Source: Neovahlkampfia damariscottae
Taxonomy: Eukaryota
Length of the DNA: 64,000 nt
Direction: 5' to 3'
NCBI GenBank assembly: GCA_016618085.1
Contig: JABLTG010000031.1
Location: forward strand, 1-64,000
The notes beneath the pieces are model-generated. The model was not told the origin of the DNA. It ran no database searches and saw nothing but the letters and a program-made list of their open reading frames with translations. Of this stretch, positions 34,101 through 44,865 are shown piece by piece; the first letter of the stretch is position 1; every line of letters starts with the position of its first letter. Both the position numbers and the translations under genes were made by a program.

Positions 34101-36209
34101 ATGACAAAGTTTGAATATGAAAAGTTGTAAGAGAATCAATTCATTAATTTCTCAGTAAATCACATCTCAATTTAGCTAATACTAAACTTGTTTCTGAAAA
34201 AAGAGCAATAGAAAGAGAACTAAACCCGATAAAAAATAAAATCGTTTCTTACATGGAAATTGAAAAAGAAATACCAAAAGAAACAGTAATTTCATGAATA
34301 AATTAATAATTACTAGAAAATGGAATACGGAAAATTAAAATACAAATTTGACGCTCACGAAATTTTATTATCAAAAATTGAATTCTTGGCAATACATTCT
34401 TTACATGTAAAAAAATCAAAAAAGTGAAAAAAATTGTTTTATTAATAACATATCTTTAGATGTCCTGATTCATTAATGGATGCTGTTGCTACTACTATTT
34501 ATGCCTCCACTAGAATTAAACTTCGTGAATTATTAGAAATTAGAAGACAATTAACTTTAAAAGTAAGATAAATCAATTTTTATTCTTTTAGTATGGACAA
34601 ACATTTGCTTTATCATGTAAATAAAAAAAAAAAATTTTTCACATTTTTTTTCAACACAGCTCATGGCAACAAAAAGAATGAAGTGAACGAAGAATTTTTT
34701 GACAAGTTTGAGTGTAAAGATATTAATGAAAATATACTTGATGAAATGATGGATGAAATTGCATTCGAAGAAAAAATCAAATATAAAGATTATGATCCAA
34801 AATTTGAACTTGATATTGAAACTATTGGTTTTATGACCCCAAATTACAAAAAATTAGATGAAGAATCACAGGTAATCATTCAAGACTTGCAAAATAAATT
34901 CGAAAAATTCAAAGAATTTATTGTTAAACTTCAACAAGTTGATGAAGAAGAAGAAGAAGAAGAGACTATCAAAGAAATGGAGAATGAATATTCTGATGAA
35001 GAAGAATATATCATTAAACTTGATAGTAAAGTTGTTGTTGAAACAAAACTCCATGTTGAGAACTCATTTCAATCAGAACATGGTGAAAATATTTTTTACC
35101 AATATTGGTTACCAGAACAAGAGGTTGACTATCAACCAAAAAGAATGGCCATGATAACTTATGAGTTTGATGCTCAAGATGCTATTGAATTATCCGTCAA
35201 ATGTGAAGAAGAAGTCAAAGTGATAGAGGATAGGTAATAAAACAATTTGATATTTTAATAATTTTTAAAGAGGAGATGGTTGGTCGATGGTATCAAAAGG
35301 AGTGAAATCAGGATTAATTCCTACAAATTATTATCAAGAATTTATCAAAGATAAAAAAAAGAAGGTTGCAAAAGTTGATAAAGTTGTAAGAGGAAAAGTC
35401 ATCATCCAGCATACCATTGGTGAACATGGAAGTAGATACAACAACTTAGTGAATCAATTACTTAAAAATGGATACGCAGTATTTGCAATGGATTTAGTTG
35501 GTCATGGAAAATCAGATGGCAATCGTTGTTATGTTAGAAATTTTGCTGATTGGTCAACCGATTTTTCAAAGTTCTATGAAATTGTGGAACAAACTATCGC
35601 AGGTGATATGTTCATTTTTGGTCAAGGTATTGGTGGTCCAATAGCTTATTCTTATTTATCTTCACATATGACTTCTTTAAGGCTTAAAGAAATGGAACCA
35701 ACAGCAATCATTTTATCAGGTGCTACTTTTGAATTCTGTGAAGAATTTAAGAATCAATTGAAAGAAGCTGTTGGAAATAAAAGATCTTCAAGTATACCAG
35801 TACCATGTAAATTAGACATTGATTCTATGGTTACTGCTGGAGACAGTAAAAAACATGATTTTTTAACTTATTTTTTTTTTTAACAGATTTCTCTTGGAAA
35901 AATGATAAATTGTGTTTCACTGGTGAAATACCAACAAAAACATGTTCTCAATTAATATTATTAGCTGATAGTGTCAATGAAATGTTTGAAAAAAATACAA
36001 CTCCATTTTACATTTTGCATGGAGAAAATGATGAAATTGCAAAGGCAGAAATAATGAAAAAAGTTTACAAGTCATCAAAAGTAGAAGATGCAATGAAGCA
36101 AATGGCTATAATTCCTGGATTGAAACATGATTTATTACATGAAGATGATGACATCAGAGATGGTTTAACAGAAGATATTATTGATTGGATAAAAATCATT
36201 CAAGAATAA
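34101..36209 (+). CDS. IST1-like domain + acidic linker + SH3-interrupted, catalytically dead MAGL-type alpha/beta hydrolase (6 introns)
   Basis: Spliced MTKFEYEKF|KSHLNLANTKL...K|CPDSLMDAVATTIYASTRIKLRELLEIRRQLTLK|YGQTF..VNEEFFDKF..EIA (IST1); GENIFYQYWLP; SH3 ITYEFDAQDAIELSV..GDGWSM..SGLIPTNYY; HTIGEHGSRY, DLVGHGKSDG, FGQGIGG, HGEND, HDLLHE. Confidence 0.8.
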
Positions 36210-36214
36210 AATAT

Positions 36215-37250
36215 TTAACTGAAAGAAATTAATTCATCTATAACTTCTTTTGCTGATTCTTTGACATCATTTGATAATTCTTTGCTTGATGAAAGTTCCT
36301 TCATCAAAATTTTAATTTTCTTTGCCAATGTATAAGCTAAAAATGAAATAAAAATTAATATTTTTTTAACCTTCATATTCTTCCCATAAAGATGAATTTA
36401 TCATTACAATCAAGGTTTTACAGTATTCCATTAACAATTTTTCACTAACACAATTATCAGATAAAAGTTCAATTTCTCTGTAAATGACATCAATCAAAAA
36501 CAAGTAATCATTGGTAGAGAAGAATTGACCTGCATCCTTTTCTAAAATGTTTTTTAAAAAGAACAGAGCTGCATGTGGGTGAATTCCATCATCTTTTAAT
36601 TTTTAAAAAGAATCAAATCTTCACCTTCAGGTCTGTTGAATAATTTCAAATATGCATCGCAAATTGCTCTGGCTTTATCATGATGGCATAATTTTGATAA
36701 AAAATCATCATCTTTAACTTGAAAATATATTGAAACCAATGTTCCACATAGTACTTTTTCCACTTTTTCTTCATTTTTATCTAAACATTCACCAGTCAAA
36801 AGTGCCAGTGTTTCATTTAACATTCCTAAAATTTCAACATTTTCAAATTCTTTTTTTTTTTGACTTAAAATTTTGTTCAAAAAAAAACATATCAAAAAAA
36901 CATTATTTGGTTCTTGGTTATCAATATCTTTTAGAACTTTAAAAGTTGTTTCAAATAGTTGTGTTGAATCCAAAAAAAAAACATCCAAAGTTGGTAAAAT
37001 TTGTAAAGAAACAATGAAAAATTGAAAAATTGCTTCCACTGTTTCATTTGATTTTGTCTTTGAAAAAATAGAAATAAAATTCTTCAAAAACTTTTTTTCA
37101 TTCAACACTTCTGTTATTTCTTCAGTTGATGCTTCTAAAAATATGTAAAGAAAAGAAAAATTGTTTACCATTCATAAAACCACTTAAAAACTCAATATGC
37201 TCTTGAGGTAATTCATCTTCAAGGTTCAAAGTATCAACAAAAAAATCCAT
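36215..37250 (-). CDS. SPIN90/Ldb17-like (DUF2013) armadillo-type protein (introns)
   Basis: YLKLFNRPE..., FFSTNDYLFLIDVIYREI..LMEYCKTL resemble the FYTNDL.VLIDI..R motif of the SPIN90/Ldb17 domain. Confidence 0.6.
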
Positions 37251-37288
37251 AAAGTATTGTGATTGGTTTAAAAAAGTTGAAGGTTTAT

Positions 37289-39895
37289 TTAAAAATTTTC
37301 AACTTTAAAGATCCATTCACCAGATTCTTTTGAATAATGAAGAAAAATTGATTTTGATTTCTGATTAATCTTTTTCAATTTTTCAATAAAAATTTCGTTT
37401 TGTACAAATGTTGATGCTTGTCTAATTTTATTTTGACATTTTTTCAATGATGGAAAAACACCAACCAAATTGATAATTGCAGCTTTATTCAAACCAAATC
37501 CAATTTTTGGTTTATTTGAATCATCTGGATAAACTGTAACACTATTTTTATCAATATTAATAATTTCATCAAGATTCAAATTTTCAACATTTGTTTCACC
37601 TAAAAATTTGACACTTCCAAATCCTTCTCTTGAAACTGTGAAATTTCTGACTTTTGTTAAATCCATTTTTCTTAATTTCTTTAGTGATGGTTCAAAAGAG
37701 TATCCTTCTTTTGTTAATATTGGATATTTCTTTTTTTCTCTTTTTGGAACTATTCTTTTCTCTTCAAATTCAATTTTAGCATACACTTGAGATTCTTCTT
37801 TTCTATTGACAATTGTTGTGTTGAACATTTCAGTAATATTTTCAACTGCTTGTAAACAATCAACTTTTTTCTTTTTTCTAATTCTATTCACATTAATGAG
37901 TGGAATTGGATGATAAAATGGTACTTTATCAATAATATTCTCTTTTGTTGATGAATAATATTCTTCTTTTTCATTAATGAAATCATTAAAAAAGAATGTT
38001 TTTCCATAAGGATTGTCTAAAATTGATAAATTTAAGTTTGAAGTTGGTTGTTGAATATTTTGAGTATTTACATTTTCGTTATTGATAGCAGTTGGTTGTA
38101 CTAGTGATTGAGTTCCAAATTGAACATTAATTTTATTTTCATTTGATGGAGGAGCAGATGATGTGGTTGATATTGGAATTGAATTTTGTTGTGAGCCTAA
38201 AATAACATCTGATCCAAAAGTTACTTTTTTAGGTTCTTTTTCGGAAGATGCACCGAAACCAAATGTTGTATTTGATGTTGTTGTCACTCCAAAACTTCCA
38301 TTTGGTTTATTTTCTGTTGATTGAGCTCCAAATCCACCAATTGGTTTATTTTCTGTTGTTGTTGATGAAGAAGTTGTAGGTGCACCAAATGAAACACCAA
38401 ACGAAGTAGATGATGAAGACAGTGCTCCAAAACTACCTGAAGGCTTATTTTCAGTTGATGATGCTCCAGTTGTTGAACTAAATCCTGATGTTGTTTTTAT
38501 CCCTTCTCCAAAATTTGATTTACTATCTGCTGAAGGAACAGAAAATGATGTTGTTGTACTTGGATTTGTTTGTGATCCAAATCCAAATGTTGATGAACTT
38601 GGAGTTGATGTATCGTTATTGAGTATCGAAGAACCAGCACCAAATCCAAATTTAGATGATGAAGTAGTTGTTCCAAATGATGATGTATTATTGGTTGAAT
38701 TAGTTCCAAATGATGATGTATTTTTGGTTGTAGTGCTCTCCAATGAAGATGATTTGCCGCCAAATTGACTCGAAGATCCAAATCCTGTTGATTTGTTTTC
38801 TGAAGAGTTTCCTCCAAATTGATATGTATTTGATTGAATGGAAGTGTTCACACCAAATCCTGATTGGTTGTTTGTTGATGTTGGTTGAAATGAAGAGTTG
38901 ACTCCAAATCCACTGATTTCATTAGTTTTTGAATTAAATCCTAAATTTGATGTGTCATTCTTTGTTTCTGAACCAAATGCTGTTGATCCCATATTTCCAA
39001 AAGCATACTGTTTATATCTTTCCATTGTTGATGTTGATAATCCACCAAATGAATCATTATTCCCTAAAATTGAATTTGAATTTGGGTTTGGGTTTGGGCT
39101 GAATCCCAAATTTGTACTTGTATACTTATCGTTTGGAGTTGAAGCAAAACCCAAAGTATCTTGATTCAAAGAATAATTTGTGCTTGTGTTGAAAGATGTA
39201 TTTGGTTTAATATTTTCTGAATCTCCAAAATTTAAAGCAACTGAAGAACCTCTTCCTGTATTTTTTCTGACAGTTGATGAACGACGACCACTTGTATAAG
39301 CAGTACTTGTATTTTGTGAAAAAGAATTATTTCCAAAAGCACTTGGAGTCAGAACTGAATCTTCAAAAACGTTAATTCCAAGTCCTTTTTGATTTGGTGT
39401 TGAAAATTGATTATGATGTACAGGTGTACTTGCATTACTATCAACATAAGGAGAAGAAAATTGATTTCCTCCAAATTGTAATTTTTGGTTGATATCAGGA
39501 GTGCTATTTGAAAAACCTAATGTTGTTGTTTGTTTGCCCATTGGAGACATTTCAAAATTTGAAGTGGTTTTTGGAGCCATATGATAAAAGCACATTTCTT
39601 CAAATGAGAGTCCTTTGTATTCTTCCATTGCAGTAATTGACTATTTGAAAAATACAAGGTAAAAAAAAATAAAAAAAATTACTTGAAACTTCTCTCGTGC
39701 TTGTGTAACAGTAACTTCATACTTTTTATCTTGTTTACCAAAAGAATTTTGTGATAACTTTGGTCCACTTGAGGACGAAAAATCACCAAAAGCGTTGGTT
39801 TCTTTTTTGTTTGAATTGTAGAGAGCGTTTGCTGTATTTGAACCATAAGTTGGGCTTGAAAATGAACTTTGAAAATTTGATGTGTTTGAAAACAT
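37289..39895 (-). CDS. NUP98: Nup98-like FG nucleoporin: GLEBS, FG repeats, C-terminal Nucleoporin2 domain, no Nup96 (1 intron)
   Basis: FQ|SITAMEEYKGLSFEE (GLEBS-like); many FG/GFG repeats; NPYG; YPILTKEGYSFEPS..VRNFTVSREGFGSVKF..VYPDDSNKPKIGFGLNKAA..GEWIFKVENF*. Confidence 0.88.
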
Positions 39896-40045
39896 CCGTT
39901 GAGGTTTTGTGCGCGAAGATAAAGCTTAAAGAAAAAAAATCGTTACATATTTATAACCAATCAGAATTTCTCACTTCTCATTGGTCTATCAACAGTATAT
40001 TTCATTGGTTCATGTTGTGGCCAATCATTTGCTTGCTTTTTTTAG

Positions 40046-40468
40046 ATGAGCAAATTGTTCAGAACAAAAGATGAATTACCAACTCCTCCAATATATAAAA
40101 CCAATAAAGAATGGAAAAATATATTGAATGAAGATCAATTTATTGTTATGAGAATGGAAGGAACTGAAAATGCATTTGATAATTGTTTTTATGATCATAA
40201 AAAAAAAGGAATTTATTTTTGTGTTGCATGTGATAATAAATTATTTATATCTGATCAGAAGTATGATTCAGGAACTGGTTGGCCATCATTTTCAAAAGAT
40301 GCTTGTGAAGGAGCAACCATCCGAGTGGGAAAAGTTGAATCTTGGAAAGAGGTATTGTGCTCTCAGTGTCATGGTCATCTAGGACACGTATTCAATGATG
40401 GTCCAAAAGATACAGGTGAAAGATATTGTATAAATTCTATAGCATTGAAGTTTGTAAAAGAAGATTGA
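40046..40468 (+). CDS. msrB: Peptide methionine-R-sulfoxide reductase MsrB (Zn-binding, Cys form)
   Basis: GIYFCVAC, KYDSGTGWPSF, EVLCSQCHGHLGHVFNDGP, RYCINS. Confidence 0.95.
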   Translation: MSKLFRTKDELPTPPIYKTNKEWKNILNEDQFIVMRMEGTENAFDNCFYDHKKKGIYFCVACDNKLFISDQKYDSGTGWPSFSKDACEGATIRVGKVESWKEVLCSQCHGHLGHVFNDGPKDTGERYCINSIALKFVKED

Positions 40469-40508
40469 ACACCAAAAAAATTGACCAATAAAAATCATCC
40501 TTTTAAAA

Positions 40509-41761
40509 ATGAAGCCAATAAAAGCTGAAAATCAATATGCTCAAAAGTACATTTTTGAATTCTTCAAGTGTTTCTTCACTCATTTGGATGAGAAATTTAT
40601 TCATGACAGAATAAAAGAAGAAACTTTTGAAATAATGAAAATATATGAGATTTATGTTTCAGATATTCTGATTTATTACGTTTAAAATCAAAAGAACTTT
40701 TGTTATCTTTAATTCAACCAAAGCACTTCAAAAAAAATTATGAAAATGCACAAGCTGTTTCAATCATGTATCATAATTTGACCATTTTCAATCACTTTAG
40801 TTGTCATTTACAAGTGTGAGGTCACAGTTGGATTTAGGTTTAGAACAAAATTGACCAATGAAAAAAATTGGTATTCTGAATTAAAGGAATACACTTTTGA
40901 ATTAAATCATGAAAAAATGACAAAATCTGAAGCAAATATGTTGTATAGATTGAATAAAATTCAAATTTATTCTGTTGGTAAATTAACAGAAGAAGAAGAA
41001 GAAACATTGAAAAATTTCAAATTGAAAATTCAAAAAAATTTGAAAATGTTCAATGGAAAAGGATTCGTAAAATTATCTTCAAGGTCACTAAAAGATTCTG
41101 GTTTCATTTCTCAAAAGTATTCGAATCTTGTTGAAGAAATGAAAAAGGAATGGATTGAGAAATACAACTTGAAAATTGATTCAAAAAATGAAATTCAAAA
41201 ATCTATTCAAAACTCAATTGAACAAATTTGTTGCGTTAAATGTTTAGAAATTGAATCACCTGAAGATGCTGTTGAGTTATTAATCAACAGTCAAAGAACA
41301 TTAATTGATTTGATGATTGCTTTAGAAAAGAATGACTCAAATTTCTTGGACTTGGAATTGATTATCAAAAAATTTTACAATTTTGAAATTTCTTATGAAA
41401 TGAGAGGATTTGTCAGAAATAAAAAATTGCTCTTTCTCAATATTTCTCAAAAGAATATTTTCCTTGGATTTCAATCAAAAAGTGGAACGAAATCAAAGAG
41501 AAAGTATTGCACTTTTATTACTCGAAAGTTGCTGATTTATTATATATGAAAGATTATACTATTGATTTTGTTTTATATGATGATGAGATAAGTATTATTG
41601 AACTGAATTCATTTGGCGAAATTGCAGGAGCAGCTCTATTTTCTTGGATTGATGACGAAGAAATTTTATATAATGGACCATTTCAATTTAGAGTCATAAA
41701 GGATATGGATTTGAATGATTTGTTTCTCAAATCCAAAAAAGAACGTTGGAAATTTGACTAA
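40509..41761 (+). pseudogene. CDC123/R2K-like ATP-grasp gene with lesions
   Basis: GFVKLSSRSLKD, LLINSQR, EMRGFV-(frameshift near 41428)-IALSQY, DYTIDFV..IIELNSFG..GAALFSW; the 5' part contains stops. Confidence 0.6.
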
Positions 41762-41774
41762 TCATACTTGTCCG

Positions 41775-42290
41775 ATGCCATACAAGGATAAACATGTCAT
41801 AATTGTATCAGAAACGACAAAGCAATTATTTATAGGGGATTTGGTAACTTTATTATTATTTTTTATTTTGAAAAGTCGTTTATTGTGATGGGCTTCTTCT
41901 TCATCATTGTTTTCAATATTAATCCAACTCCCATTGAAATTTACACTTCAACATTTGGAAATGTGATGTCCAAATCAGTTTACCCAGATAATTTATATTC
42001 ATATTCACTCGTTTACTTTCATCAGAAGACGAAAAGGCCAACCATTGGAACAACAAAATATAAAGAATCAAAAAATTATGAAATTTGTCAAAATGTAACT
42101 TGTTTTTATGATTCAGTGGGTTTCCCAAATACATATATTTTTATCAAAAGATTACAGCTCCTGGAGATGTGGTGGCTGTGAGTTTCATTGGATTATTTTT
42201 GATTTGTGTTTCTGGCTCAATTTGTCATTTTCTTCATCATTTCAACAATAACAGCATTTTCAATACTATTAATTCCATTAAATCTGCAAT
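41775..42290 (+). pseudogene. Small membrane protein, tandem copy 1 (frameshifted)
   Basis: PTPIEIYTSTFGNVMSKS..LYSYS..QNVTCFYD aligns with copy 2; a frameshift near 42125 is needed to reach KYIYFYQKITAPGD. Confidence 0.55.
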
Positions 42291-42372
42291 AAACATTCAA
42301 AATCCCATGGACTTTGAAGAACTTTCTTAGAAAAAAAGGCGTTGAAATATTATCCAATCAAGCTGATTCAAA

Positions 42373-42895
42373 ATGCTGAAAAACAAACCCACCATCATGG
42401 TGCTCACATTGACACCACAATTAATTGTGAGTATCATCGTAAGTTAAATATAACTAACAATAGTCCTTTATTCTCATGAGTATGGTTGTCATAAATTGCT
42501 TTCAATATCCAACAACTACAATTGAAGTGTATACAGAGGCACTTGGAAATGTAACATCTAAATCAACTCAACCAAGCGGTCTGTACTTATATTCGGTTAG
42601 TTATTACAATGAATATATCAAAGAACAGACCAATGGTAAAACAAAATATGGTGTTCCAGAAAAATTCGAAATTGGTCAAAACGTAACTTGTTTTTATGAC
42701 TGGTTGGATGTTAAGTATGTGTATTTTAACCAAAAAAGAATGGTACCGGGTGATGATATCTTGGCAGCAATAATTCGAATATTTTTCTTTTTTGTTTTTG
42801 GTTCAGTTTTCATGGTTTGTCTGTTCACTTCATTGTTGACATTAATTGTCATTTTATTTTCAAGACAAGTTTGGTACATTTTATTCAAATATTAG
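42373..42895 (+). CDS. Small two-TM membrane protein, tandem copy 2 (1 intron)
   Basis: PTTTIEVYTEALGNVTSKS..LYLYS..GQNVTCFYDWLDVKYVYF flanked by hydrophobic segments. Confidence 0.6.
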
Positions 42896-42903
42896 AATTT
42901 GTT

Positions 42904-43803
42904 TTAAAACCAATTTTTGACTTCCAATGTTCTTTTTGCAATACATTTCAAATATTCATTATTCGAAGTATTTTCCAGATATCGTTCATACAAAAGTGAA
43001 ACCAATTTGAAGATATGTTCATCTTCCTGATTTATAGCTGATGATTTCAATTCATCCATGAATCTTTTACCTTTTCTGCATATTTGAATGATAAAGATGG
43101 CATTGAACGAGCCACATAAATCAACAATAAAGATCTCTACCATATTTGAGCAGTTTTCAATTTTAATCCATTATCATCAATAAACGGTAAAATATTCTTC
43201 AATGCGTACCAACCAGTGCATCCATGAAGAAAAAAGAAATCAAGTTTTTCAGTTTTTCCAAAAATGTCCAAAGTCACTTTAGAAATCGTATCTACAACAT
43301 CTTCTATTTTTTCACCTGATAAATTCAAGTCATATTTATCAAATAATTTTGAAATGCTCGGGTCTTTCAAAAAAAATTTCATGGTTTCATCAAAATCATC
43401 TGATTTAGGAAGTTCAATTATACTTGGATCATTTGAGATCTTTTAACAAATTTGGAATGTCAGAAATCGTATTTTTTGAATTTTCTGATAAATTACCAAC
43501 ATTTAAAAAACATGTGATAAAATATGATAATCCTTCTGCAACAGTTTCAATGTCTCTTCCTTCTTCTAAATCTAAAGAATATCCTAATAAAATTGTGCCA
43601 TGAGCTGCTGAACCAATCACACCATGAATAGTTTCTGTTATAAAATATTCATTTAAAGTTGATTTTAAACGTTCATCAGAGGCACCTAATCTTTTGAGTG
43701 TTACTAAACCGGATACCATATGATTTGCACGTTGATATTCCACTGAATACGAGTTTCTATTCTTTTTCAAGAGCAACAGTAATTGTTTGTTTATTTGACT
43801 CAT
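42904..43803 (-). pseudogene. Questin oxidase-like (DUF4243) pseudogene
   Basis: NHMVSGLVTLKRLGAS, AAHGTILLGYSL, DFFFLHGCTG, DEHIFKLV; frameshift near 43430, in-frame TAG at 43137-43139 and another frameshift near 43060. Confidence 0.7.
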
Positions 43804-43848
43804 GGACACAGTTTGTTGATTGGTGTAATTTTTCCAAACTTTATTTTT

Positions 43849-44789
43849 TCAATTAAACCAAAACACATAAGCACTATGGTACAATATAATCAATAAAACC
43901 AACAAAATAACCATCATCAATAGAAAAATTAAGTGTAAGTGCTTTCTTTGGTTTAACAAAAAATTAACCAAAAAATTTGAAGACTGCAAGGTTTCTCTGC
44001 ATATTTGAATATTTTGATTGAATAGACGAGACAAAAAATCATTTGTAATTTTCATAGTCAGACCCCATAAAATGAAATCTTCATTTTTGATTTTTCTTAA
44101 AAATTCTTTTGAATCAGGTAGCATTATTCCTTCAATGGAAACATTAAATAGCATAAAATTAGGAATGAATTTTCCAATATTTTTGTAGAGATGAGTGAGA
44201 TTAAAATTTAACATTTTTTTATGTTGTTGTAAAAATTCCTCTTCTTTTTGAAAAAACTCCAAAGGTGTCCATTTAGCATCTGCAATTTCATCTTTTTGAA
44301 GTTTACATTGGACTTTTTCTTTCAAAGAAAAATAAACTGTTGTTTTAAAATTTAACTTCATTTACCAAAAGGAAAAACGAATATGTCTCGAGTCTGTTGT
44401 TTTTTTAATCTTCCTAAATATAAATAATTTTCTTCATTTGTAATATCAATTCCAATCTCTTCAAGAACTTCTCTTTCAGCTGTTTGTTTCATAGTTTCAC
44501 CTCTTTCATGTTTTCCTCCTGGAAATGCCACTTGTCCACTCCATCTATCTGATTCTCTAGTAGTCCTTTTAGTGAATAATAATTCTATTGATTCTTTTTT
44601 CTGTTGTATGAACTGAATTTTTTCTTTTTTTGTTTTTGTGGAGGATAAGAATTCTTCTTCCACTGAAGACAAAGATTTGAATTTTAAAATTAATGAAACA
44701 CCTGCATTCTTTTTACTTTTATCAAGCTCTGTTTTTACGGTTTCCAAATTCTCAATCAAATTCTCAAGCCAATTTTCTCTCTTTTCCAT
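43849..44789 (-). CDS. Nudix hydrolase (CoA pyrophosphatase NUDT7/8-like) with C-terminal TM (1 intron)
   Basis: LLFTKR..WSGQVAFPGGK..ETMKQTAEREVLEEIGI (Nudix box); ILWGLT. Confidence 0.9.
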
Positions 44790-44865
44790 TATTTTGGTCC
44801 AGAAATGGTGATTTGAATGTCCAGATACGCAGTTTAACCAATTAACATCTAATCAATCGTGTGAA

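Noticed and set aside
38150..39100. Repeated CCAAA motifs as a DNA repeat or CRISPR-like array
   Set aside because: They are FG-repeat codons of the Nup98-like gene; there is no constant repeat-spacer structure.
40046..40468. Selenocysteine MsrB
   Set aside because: The catalytic residue is a normal Cys (RYCINS) and there is no in-frame TGA.
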